A stretch of 41,397 bases of DNA from contig CALCGO010000023.1 of NCBI GenBank assembly GCA_937901055.1, forward strand, positions 1-41,397. Direction: 5' to 3'. Shown here one piece after another: positions 9,534 to 16,794 of this stretch. Both the position numbers and the translations under genes were made by a program. A model generated the notes under the pieces. That model saw only the letters and a list, made by a program, of their open reading frames with translations, was not told the DNA's origin and ran no database searches. The number at the start of each line of letters is the position of its first letter. The stretch's first letter is position 1. Source of the stretch: an uncultured Rhodobacterales bacterium (GTDB lineage Bacteria; Pseudomonadota; Alphaproteobacteria; Rhodobacterales; Rhodobacteraceae).

Positions 9534-9896
9534 ATGACAGATGCTAACTCTGGAATCGAACAGTTTTATTCTCGCGAAGACTTTGGAATGCACGCATGGG
9601 TCGCATTAAGGCCGTGCAGCATTACCGGAGTCGGCGTGTGGCGATGCCTCGGCTGTCACGCGCAAGTCAGCAGCGCAACACTGACAAACGGCACCTGGCA
9701 TGTCAATGCTGGGTCAACCTGCCCCGAATGGGCTTTATCGCTCACTGAGCTTTACGACCAAGAAGAAGAAGGACCACATGGAACTCGGGAACATCGAATC
9801 AGAACTGAAATCGCAAGTCGCTTACTTAGAGCAGCAGATCGAATCGTCGGTTGCGCAGCGAGCCTCCTTAAACCTAGAGATCAAGTCGCTCCGTAG
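9534..9896 (+). CDS. Hypothetical Cys/His-containing protein
   Basis: GGAGG RBS; CxxC motif (CLGC); C-terminal third overlaps the next gene. Confidence 0.6.
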   Translation: MTDANSGIEQFYSREDFGMHAWVALRPCSITGVGVWRCLGCHAQVSSATLTNGTWHVNAGSTCPEWALSLTELYDQEEEGPHGTREHRIRTEIASRLLRAADRIVGCAASLLKPRDQVAP

Positions 9897-9957
9897 CGAA
9901 CTGATTGTTGCCAAGCGTTTGCTCAAAGCCGCCCACGGACGTAAGCGCCGCAGCTAA
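9778..9957 (+). CDS. Small coiled-coil protein, 59 aa (MELGNIESELKSQVAYLEQQ...)
   Basis: GAAGGA RBS before ATG 9778; heptad pattern; TAATG coupling to the resolvase. Confidence 0.65.
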   Translation: MELGNIESELKSQVAYLEQQIESSVAQRASLNLEIKSLRSELIVAKRLLKAAHGRKRRS

Positions 9958-10412
9958 TGGGCCGCGTCTACGCCATTGACCTCGGCGTCACCGGAGCAAT
10001 AGCAACCTTTGACAGCGGGCACCTCATGGCCGTCGATGATCTTGTTATCACTGGCGGGGCATTGTGCGCTGATTGGCTCACGAACTACATGGCTGGCGTA
10101 CAACGAGACACAATTGTCTGTGAATCCGTACACGCCATGCCAACGGGCACAAAAGCAAACTTCTCAATGGGCCTGCAACTCGGAGTAGTCATCGGAGTCG
10201 CCGGAGCCCTAGACACCCCCTTGAGCCGAATACTGCCGCGAGAGTGGAAGAAACGGGTTGGCATCACCAAAGTCGGCAGAGAGTCGAAAGACCAAGCCCG
10301 TCAGATTGTCACACAACAGTTCCCTGGCTTTGCTCCACACGTCGTGCGCGTCAAAGACCACAACAGAGCAGAAGCAATACTGATCGGTGTGGGTTTCTTG
10401 CAGAATGGCTAA
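9957..10412 (+). CDS. RuvC-like Holliday junction resolvase
   Basis: AIDLGVTGAIA, IVCESV, PREWKK, KDHNRAEAILIG match phage RuvC-like RNase H-fold motifs. Confidence 0.85.
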   Translation: MGRVYAIDLGVTGAIATFDSGHLMAVDDLVITGGALCADWLTNYMAGVQRDTIVCESVHAMPTGTKANFSMGLQLGVVIGVAGALDTPLSRILPREWKKRVGITKVGRESKDQARQIVTQQFPGFAPHVVRVKDHNRAEAILIGVGFLQNG

Positions 10413-10572
10413 AGCCCGCAAGCAATACCCGTTAGCCAAGATCAAAGGACCAACGCGCACACGGAACCTCAACGACCCAATTGCTGTACGCAAGCCCGCA
10501 GTCATCATTGATTGCAACGGCGTTTACCCAGATACTCCTGTGAAACGCTCATCCTATTACTCAGAGCACTAG
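10405..10572 (+). CDS. Small basic hypothetical protein, 55 aa
   Basis: ATG overlaps the end of the resolvase; no family recognised. Confidence 0.45.
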   Translation: MAKARKQYPLAKIKGPTRTRNLNDPIAVRKPAVIIDCNGVYPDTPVKRSSYYSEH

Positions 10573-10697
10573 CCACTTACGCTGGGGTTATGTAGTTACC
10601 CATCGGTAACTTTGCTCCACACGTTGTTTTTAGTGTTTTTCACCCCCAAAGTAATAAATATCTGTGTCACAAACCCAACTTGCCTACGGAGCACCTA

Positions 10698-10862
10698 ATG
10701 ACAAGACCCGGCGATTACCGACCCGACAACCCGCTACCACGCACACCCGACAACCATCGGCGCTCAATCGGAGTATCGGCTCGCAACATGGGTAGGCGCT
10801 ACCACGAAGGTCAACGCTCATTCGGAGACAAGAAAGCTCAAAGGGAACAAAACAAAACCTAA
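10698..10862 (+). CDS. Small basic hypothetical protein, 54 aa
   Basis: GGAG RBS before ATG; followed directly by a terminator-like hairpin. Confidence 0.5.
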   Translation: MTRPGDYRPDNPLPRTPDNHRRSIGVSARNMGRRYHEGQRSFGDKKAQREQNKT

Positions 10863-10890
10863 ACGCGAAAAAGCGTTTTTGTTCTTTCTT
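10861..10890 (+). terminator. Putative intrinsic terminator at a convergent junction
   Basis: AAACGC-GAAAAA-GCGTTT followed by TTGTTCTTTCTT; the stem is weak. Confidence 0.5.
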
Positions 10891-10934
10891 ATCCTCTCCG
10901 CTGCTTTATCAAGCATCTACGAGAGTTGGTACGT

Positions 10935-11567
10935 TCACTCTTCTTTGCCTTGAAGATAAGGGTCAACCAACACTGCCTCAGTGATGTCATCTGCTTCTTC
11001 GTTCAAGCGAGGGGGAAACTGGTCATCATTACAGGTTGGGGTATTCTTATAACTAATTTGAGTACATCCACCGGGGGTACCACCCCCACCGGGGGGGGAG
11101 GCATTCCCCTCGTCTTCTGTCTTACTACTACCCCCCACACTTGCGCTGTGACGTAGTGCCTCGATTTTGTTTAAGACATCGCCCCCCGCCAGAGAAACGC
11201 TTGCGGTATGGCTTGTTGCTTTACCTTCTTCCAACCGAACAATGTTCACCAACGTATCGAGTAGTGAGGCCATGTCTTTACTGCTGATTTCCACTGCACC
11301 ACTAGCGATCTTTCCTAACAACATTGACGCCACGTTTGCTGCTTGACTGCCTAGCTCTTCTCGGTTGAACGTGTCCGCGAGCATGTCTAGGCTTAGCTTC
11401 CAGGCTTTGGTGGTGTCCGTGATTTCTAGCTTCTTTGCTTCGGCGTTGCGTGCTCTTGCTAGTCCGCCTTTTCTGCCTGCTTCGCTGGCTCTTTTCTTGC
11501 TTTCTTCGTCTTTACCGAACGGCACTAGGTTCTTCTGTGCTGCTTCGGTTTGTTTGGCGGTCGGCAT
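10935..11567 (-). CDS. Putative terminase small subunit
   Basis: NLVPF...EAGRKGG N-terminus typical of many TerS-like proteins; AAAGGA RBS before ATG 11567; same strand as and upstream of terL. Confidence 0.6.
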   Translation of the reverse strand: MPTAKQTEAAQKNLVPFGKDEESKKRASEAGRKGGLARARNAEAKKLEITDTTKAWKLSLDMLADTFNREELGSQAANVASMLLGKIASGAVEISSKDMASLLDTLVNIVRLEEGKATSHTASVSLAGGDVLNKIEALRHSASVGGSSKTEDEGNASPPGGGGTPGGCTQISYKNTPTCNDDQFPPRLNEEADDITEAVLVDPYLQGKEE

Positions 11568-11643
11568 AAACATCCTTTGTTCGAGTTTGTGGCTTGGTCC
11601 AGGCTTGAGCGTAATCCACACAACTACGAAAGTTGGTCACAAC

Positions 11644-11862
11644 ATGCCATGGTTCACCGACATTGAAGTCAAACACGGTCCCAGGTTCCCCGACATTAAG
11701 GTCCAACTCTCTCGGGCAGACCTTGAGAACGGTTGGTCGCTTCACGGCACTGTGCGATCGGCGCTACCCGTTGATGTACGCCATGAGTTCTCCCTCGATG
11801 CGTTGAGTGGCGACTATCAGTATTTGATGTGGACGGCCATGCAATGGGTGGACGTTTACTAA
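11644..11862 (+). CDS. Small hypothetical phage protein, 72 aa
   Basis: MPWFTD...PDIKVQL...EFSLDALSGDYQYLMWTAMQWVDV resembles a recurrent small phage family (SGDY motif). Confidence 0.7.
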   Translation: MPWFTDIEVKHGPRFPDIKVQLSRADLENGWSLHGTVRSALPVDVRHEFSLDALSGDYQYLMWTAMQWVDVY

Positions 11863-11881
11863 TCGGTGGATGGTCGGCACG

Positions 11882-12771
11882 CGTGGCGATGCCTTGTATC
11901 GGCTCATGCCATACAGGTCGTAGTTAAGCTCCGTATGCTCGCCAGGGGCTCGCAAACTGCGCCCGGCGAGCGGAGTTGGCTGAAGCCAATCCTACTTCGC
12001 CTCAGATTAGCCCGGCCAGCGCAAAGAACAATGGCTATTTATCCAATGTCCTCGAAGTGCTTCTTGTCGTCTTTCGAGGACAAAAAGTGGCCATTGTTCA
12101 ATGCACTGATCCCTCCGGGAGTCTGACCGGATTCGGCTGTGCCTCGACGCTCGGCACATCAAGCCTCACCTCCCCCGAGGAGCCAGGTCCGTGACGATAA
12201 ATGCGCCTCGCTATGCGTCAGTACCGGGTCGCCAGTCATTGGTGAGATCAGTCGCACCTCGGCGCATTTCCCGTCCCGGCTGCTATTCGCTAGTCTGATC
12301 GAGTTCCAGCGAAGCTGGAACATTCACTCGGAGAATCCAGTGGTCAAGCGCCGTATGCGTGACCTGCTAACCGATCCGCCTGGCGGCGTTCCGCTAAGCG
12401 GGTCAGGAGCAACGTTGCCCTTAACCAGCGATTCTCTGTCGGAATGGAGAACTTCGCCGCCGAACAACCCCGTTGAGAAGAATCTCCGCCCCGAGTAGAT
12501 GTAGCGGCGGTGAACCCCCTAGCAGAGCAGCCCTGTGAGTCACGGCCTTTGTGACTTGTTGACACGCCGCTGATCGCTGCGCCAGATCCCATGGTAACGA
12601 CCATTTAGACCGGCTCTGTCGCAGCGGCGGCATGACAAAAGATCACAAATCCCGCTCCGCCCAAGCTCTCAGCACTTCGGGACGGGGGCTCATTCTCCTT
12701 CGTCCGATGGATTGACGCAAGGAGTGAAATTATTAGAGGGGTACGAGGGGCGAGAGTCTGAGTACGCCATG
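11882..12771 (+). ncRNA. Candidate large structured non-coding RNA (~890 nt), family not recognised
   Basis: More than ten local hairpins plus nested long-range helices; G-U pairs favour the + strand; no credible ORF; boundaries approximate. Confidence 0.7.
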
Positions 12772-12788
12772 AGCTTAGGAGCACGAAT

Positions 12789-13310
12789 ATGACTTACACA
12801 ATGAATGAGGCCAACGTTTACTTCGACAACCGCCTTGGCGGTGAGATCGGGTCCGAGGAGGAGCTACAGATGGTTCTCCATATGTGCCGGGCCTTTGAGC
12901 TTGCGGGCTACAATACCGACCGCCCGTTTGATGAGCACTTAGCGTCTTCGATGGAAGCGCGTTGCGCCACATGCTCAGGGGCGCTTATTCCGACGGATAG
13001 CGGGCCGGTCTGTTTCTACCACGTTAACGATTGGGAGGAGCGCTATGAGGCCGAACAGGATCGCATGCGGGAACTGTACGAGGACGACTGCCCACCTTAT
13101 GGGTTGAACCGACCCGCGTTCTATCCGTCCGAGAAAAATGACATATGGCATCACGAATGCGAGAGCTTCGATTGCACCAAGGTAGTCATCTACGACGATG
13201 AGCCGTACTGCTTCGCACATTCTCCCGACGAAGGGTCGAGTGTCCGTGGCTACTCAGCCTCCGAGTCCTTCTTTCTCAGGAACCCGGCCTGGTTAGACGA
13301 CGCCATGTGA
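12789..13310 (+). CDS. Hypothetical early protein with Cys/His clusters, 173 aa
   Basis: AGGAG RBS; CATC...CFYH and C.SFDC...CFAH clusters. Confidence 0.8.
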   Translation: MTYTMNEANVYFDNRLGGEIGSEEELQMVLHMCRAFELAGYNTDRPFDEHLASSMEARCATCSGALIPTDSGPVCFYHVNDWEERYEAEQDRMRELYEDDCPPYGLNRPAFYPSEKNDIWHHECESFDCTKVVIYDDEPYCFAHSPDEGSSVRGYSASESFFLRNPAWLDDAM

Positions 13311-13320
13311 TTATCTGCTA

Positions 13321-13384
13321 GTCTCTATTGCGTACCCGATTCGTCGGGTGCGCCCTAGAGGCGTGGCAAGCAGAGCGCTTGCCA
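13321..13384 (+). promoter_or_regulatory. Two adjacent stem-loops in an intergenic leader
   Basis: GCGTACCCGA-TTCG-TCGGGTGCGC and TGGCAAGC-AGAGC-GCTTGCCA. Confidence 0.65.
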
Positions 13385-13393
13385 TCACATAAA

Positions 13394-13403
13394 GGAGCTA
13401 CCA
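13394..13403 (+). repeat. Start-associated motif GGAGCTACCA, copy 1
   Basis: Precedes TTG 13405; identical at 18214 and 20341. Confidence 0.85.
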
Positions 13404-13404
13404 C

Positions 13405-13605
13405 TTGGATTATCGAGTAACTAACGCTGTTGACACGCAGCACACCATCGAGGTTGAACCCTCAGTCTCAGCACCCCGATACCGGCGCTGGCGACTCACG
13501 ACGCGGTATCGCACGGTGCATGGATTGCCCTATTCGATAGATCGAATCGTTTGGTCCGCATCACAACCCCATATTCCCAACACCCAGGCCCAGGAGGTCA
13601 AATAA
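13405..13605 (+). CDS. Hypothetical protein, 66 aa
   Basis: AAGGAG RBS with TTG start; fills the gap to the next gene. Confidence 0.6.
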   Translation: MDYRVTNAVDTQHTIEVEPSVSAPRYRRWRLTTRYRTVHGLPYSIDRIVWSASQPHIPNTQAQEVK

Positions 13606-13606
13606 C

Positions 13607-14380
13607 ATGAGTATCGAGTTCAGTATTGAAGAAAAGCTCAGTCGTGCCGCGGCTGTCATCGGAGAGTACATCGATCTCCGCGTGCTTACCCCCACGTCCG
13701 AGGACGGAGCGCCCCGCATCGAGTGGGGGAGTCTCTGGAATCCCTGCGTCACAGCCGACGCTTGGATGTATCATGCGATGGATCGTCGGCCCAATAGGTC
13801 CGCACTCTCCCCCACTGACCGCGAGTGGGCGATGCGCCTGTTCGGTAAGTTCTGCGCAGCGCGTAATAGCTGGTCGGACTGGTCCAGGCTCAGCGTGACG
13901 CTGGACCTCGATGGAGAGTCCGGAGCAAAGCCGTGGGAGTCACTCACGGCCGACCGCGTGTACTTTATCTGCCCTGAACCGGAAGATGAGACAATCCACA
14001 ATCTCATGGGTGGCCGGGTTGCAGTCGCTGCTGTTGGCTTCTCGCCGTCGCAGGTGACCGCCTCGGGCTCGACTGGTCCGTATAAGCCCGTCTATCGTAA
14101 GATCGGGGAGGATTGGCATCGGGTGGTGGATTCCGCGGGTAATAGCAAGCTGCGGGTCGATCCGCAGTGTGCGTCCGCCTACCATGACCCCACGACTGGT
14201 GCCGGGTCGCGGGTATTCCTACTCAAGACTTGGGCCTCCTATGCCCAGGCCGAGGAGGATGCCGTCGAGCTTGGCAATGCTGTCCGCGAGTTCCGTCGCG
14301 ATCCGTTCGCGGACGATCTGACGCCTGAACTTACGGTGGTAGACGACCCCGAGATGGGTGAGGTAGTCACCGGATTCTGA
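13607..14380 (+). CDS. Hypothetical protein, 257 aa
   Basis: AGGAGG RBS; long ORF followed by a strong terminator; no family recognised. Confidence 0.85.
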   Translation: MSIEFSIEEKLSRAAAVIGEYIDLRVLTPTSEDGAPRIEWGSLWNPCVTADAWMYHAMDRRPNRSALSPTDREWAMRLFGKFCAARNSWSDWSRLSVTLDLDGESGAKPWESLTADRVYFICPEPEDETIHNLMGGRVAVAAVGFSPSQVTASGSTGPYKPVYRKIGEDWHRVVDSAGNSKLRVDPQCASAYHDPTTGAGSRVFLLKTWASYAQAEEDAVELGNAVREFRRDPFADDLTPELTVVDDPEMGEVVTGF

Positions 14381-14400
14381 CCCTCATCTGAACTACGACT

Positions 14401-14444
14401 GCCCCCTACTTGGCACATGCCGAGTAGGGGGCTTTCGTCGTTTT
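14401..14444 (+). terminator. Intrinsic terminator
   Basis: GCCCCCTACTTGGC / GCCGAGTAGGGGGC 14-bp stem followed by TTTCGTCGTTTT. Confidence 0.85.
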
Positions 14445-14495
14445 CGGTCCTCCCATCTTTCCCCCTCGCGCAAGGCGCGGGGGACCGGGGGGGCA

Positions 14496-14605
14496 CCGAG
14501 CTTGACAACCGCGTGTCACTTGCAGTTCCAGCTTTTCGCGTCCAACTGAACTATCCGCCCGCGTATAACTTGCAGTTCCAGTTTTCCGAGCTCGACAACT
14601 GTGTG
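14496..14605. repeat. Nested direct repeats in A-B-B-A order
   Basis: A: CCGAGCTTGACAACCGCGTG (14496) and CCGAGCTCGACAACTGTGTG (14586), 17/20 identical; B: ACTTGCAGTTCCAG exact at 14518 and 14568. Confidence 0.85.
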
Positions 14606-14671
14606 ACTACACAATGCAATAGTGATGGACTAGCGATTCCATCCACCACCCCCACCTAGTTTTAAGAGCCT

Positions 14672-14974
14672 ATGTCTATTGAATCTCCTACAGCCTGCAA
14701 TATCTCCCTCAGCGTGGAAGGCCATGAAGTTCCATATCTTGTCGAGACTTTCGATGATGATCAATCCACGTTGGCGTTCTGTAGTTACGCGCACGCCGTC
14801 GCTATTGCTTACTCCGTGATGCTCGCTACAACTCCGCGGCATGAAGAGTTGAGTCCTGCTCAAAGCAGTTTGATTATTTACGAATCCATCTATGAGGCCA
14901 TGCTTCATTTGAATACAGACGACCAAGTTGTTGTCGTGAAGTTCGGTGATCACAACACAAAGGAGTACTTCTGA
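14672..14974 (+). CDS. Hypothetical acidic protein, 100 aa
   Basis: First ORF of the second early unit; weak RBS. Confidence 0.65.
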   Translation: MSIESPTACNISLSVEGHEVPYLVETFDDDQSTLAFCSYAHAVAIAYSVMLATTPRHEELSPAQSSLIIYESIYEAMLHLNTDDQVVVVKFGDHNTKEYF

Positions 14975-15031
14975 TGCGTTGAGTGCGGACGACACGACCT
15001 GCCCTTACACACCAAACAAGGAGGTTCCCAC

Positions 15032-15382
15032 ATGGGAGCAGTAGATTTCACCCATCACGCCGCAGGCGAATCCATGACTCACGCGTTCCATCTGGCGCAA
15101 GAGGAGGCCCGCTACGACTTCGGCCACTCTGGCTACACCGGGACCATCGCTGAAAAGGAGAGCTTCCGGCGAGTCACCTTGCCAAAAGACGTGAGCTACG
15201 ACGAGGTTCTCAATCTCATCACAGCGCTCCCCTCGGACGACAGTTTCGCTAAATTAGAAAAGCTCTTTGGCTGGCGAGAAGCCAGCATGATCGTCAATAC
15301 TTACGAAGACAAGTGGGGACCGTGCATCGGCATCGAATTCCCCCCCGGTCACTTCGTGTTTGCCGGATATGCGAGTTCTTGA
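15032..15382 (+). CDS. Hypothetical phage protein, 116 aa
   Basis: AAGGAGG RBS; GHSGYTGTIAEK...DKWGPC...FAGYASS resembles a recurrent actinophage family. Confidence 0.85.
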   Translation: MGAVDFTHHAAGESMTHAFHLAQEEARYDFGHSGYTGTIAEKESFRRVTLPKDVSYDEVLNLITALPSDDSFAKLEKLFGWREASMIVNTYEDKWGPCIGIEFPPGHFVFAGYASS

Positions 15383-15579
15383 TGACCAATCGCCCTGACT
15401 GCTGGCCGTACAAGTTCAAGAAAGTCGGCAACCAGTGGTATCGCCGCACTGTTGCCGGTGGTCGTTGGCAAGCCTTAGTGGTGAAGCGTGTTGGCACTCC
15501 TGCTAATCCGCATAGCCGTTCCCCTAAGACTCACACCGAGTTAGTGAACGCCTCCATTAACGAATGGACGTGGAAATGA
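15382..15579 (+). CDS. Small basic hypothetical protein, 65 aa
   Basis: TGATG coupling upstream and ATGA overlap downstream. Confidence 0.65.
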   Translation: MTNRPDCWPYKFKKVGNQWYRRTVAGGRWQALVVKRVGTPANPHSRSPKTHTELVNASINEWTWK

Positions 15580-15908
15580 ACATACTTCAAGCCAACTACC
15601 TAGCCCGAAGGGGTATCACGATGGACCAATACCAGTACCAGCAAGCAAATGAAGACGATATGTGGGCCTCTGCCGCTGAACGTTCGCCGGACATTGAATG
15701 TCTTGGAGATCCTGATTACTGCAAGGGAGCCGTGGACTATCACTGGAATGGTGACCCTGACGGCAAGACCTGGCCGCGGTGCGAGTGGCATCAAGCGCAA
15801 CGAGTGCAGCAGCGCGAAAACAGCATTGAGAAGTACGCCAATTCTGACGTTCCGCCAGCCTGGTTTGATCCGTCTGCTGCTGGTGAGCGTTGGGACGACG
15901 ACTACTGA
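15576..15908 (+). CDS. Hypothetical phage protein, 110 aa
   Basis: CL...C.G.V...PRC..H and SDVPPAWFDP.AAGERWDDDY, reminiscent of small actinophage proteins; coupled at both ends. Confidence 0.8.
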   Translation: MNILQANYLARRGITMDQYQYQQANEDDMWASAAERSPDIECLGDPDYCKGAVDYHWNGDPDGKTWPRCEWHQAQRVQQRENSIEKYANSDVPPAWFDPSAAGERWDDDY

Positions 15909-16114
15909 TGCTTCGGAACGACACAATCAATCGCTGGACTGTGTTCTTAGAGAACACGTTGCGCGAGCTCGAAGACCCTGATCGTATCGAGCAAGTCAAT
16001 TGGTTCTTTGATGCAGTCGATGCCTCGCTTGGTCACATCATGTGTTGCGAACACGGCATGTCAGCTACTTCTTGTTATGGACCCGGCCACTATTACGGAG
16101 CGTATATGCGATGA
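15908..16114 (+). CDS. Hypothetical protein, 68 aa
   Basis: TGATG and ATGA coupling; CEHG...C.GP.HY motif. Confidence 0.7.
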   Translation: MLRNDTINRWTVFLENTLRELEDPDRIEQVNWFFDAVDASLGHIMCCEHGMSATSCYGPGHYYGAYMR

Positions 16115-16287
16115 CAAATTGGAATGAACTACCTACCAACAAGCTGCGAGACATGATGACTTACGACTTCATTGAGCCTGCGTTTAAAGCAAAGGTTGCT
16201 CGCGAAATCCTTGATCGTGAACAATCGCTTGATGATTTGCATGATGCCATGATCGACAAGCTGGCGTCAATTGTTGTCATTACATGA
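16111..16287 (+). CDS. Hypothetical protein, 58 aa
   Basis: GGAG RBS; ATGA overlaps on both sides. Confidence 0.7.
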   Translation: MTNWNELPTNKLRDMMTYDFIEPAFKAKVAREILDREQSLDDLHDAMIDKLASIVVIT

Positions 16288-16448
16288 TCGTTGTATTGCT
16301 TTTATCTGCGTTGTTTTTCTTGTGCAGTTACAGCTACAACGCAATGTTTCCACCACACATTCCACACGACGAGGCTCAGTCTCGCCGCCGCATTAAGAAA
16401 GAGTTGAGGGACATTGAAATTTACAGACCGGACCACATCATACGTTAA
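16284..16448 (+). CDS. Small protein with hydrophobic N-terminus, 54 aa (MIVVLLLSALFFLCSYSY...)
   Basis: Hand translation, below the ORF-track cut-off; ATGA overlap with the upstream gene. Confidence 0.55.
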   Translation: MIVVLLLSALFFLCSYSYNAMFPPHIPHDEAQSRRRIKKELRDIEIYRPDHIIR

Positions 16449-16467
16449 CCCGTATCTTGACACTGAA

Positions 16468-16794
16468 ATGGGTCGCATCCTTCGCGAAGACTTTGAAATT
16501 GCAGTTGAAGAAACGACTCAGCGTGTCGTTCAATTCTTTGAGCAATCTGGATTGACACCTGTTGTATTTCCTCAAACGATTCGGTTAATGAACGACGCTA
16601 TTGAGCAAGCAAGTGAAGCTGATGATCCCGACTGGACGTACAGCCCGTATGCGTTGACGACCAAGCTGGTTCTACTTGTTGGATGCAAAGTGTCTGACGA
16701 GTACATGGATTGGATACACGAAATGCTTGAAGACATTATTGACGGACCTATTCGCCCGCCCGCTCATGGGTGGCGCGCACGAACGGAGGCGTAA
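16468..16794 (+). CDS. Hypothetical protein
   Basis: ORF coupled (TAATG) to ardC; start uncertain (16414 or 16468). Confidence 0.7.
   Translation: MGRILREDFEIAVEETTQRVVQFFEQSGLTPVVFPQTIRLMNDAIEQASEADDPDWTYSPYALTTKLVLLVGCKVSDEYMDWIHEMLEDIIDGPIRPPAHGWRARTEA

Noticed and set aside
10575-10600. Possible dif-like (XerCD) site around GGTTATGTAGTT
   Set aside because: Only a partial XerD-arm resemblance; no matching XerC arm
11365-11643. Hydrophobic N-terminal part of the 165-aa + strand ORF
   Set aside because: Antisense shadow of terS; only the part from ATG 11644 looks like a real protein
11866-12633. Short ORFs in several frames across the structured region
   Set aside because: No RBS, mutually overlapping on both strands, composition typical of non-coding GC-rich DNA
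11882-12771. Group II intron (GCCGTATGCG near 12350), group I intron, tmRNA or RNase P identity for the structured region
   Set aside because: No domain V hairpin completes the match, no P7-type pairing or interrupted gene, no tRNA-like ends, no GAGGAAAGUCC
14496-14605. Mini-CRISPR interpretation of the direct repeats
   Set aside because: Only two copies of each repeat, too short, nested order, no cas genes
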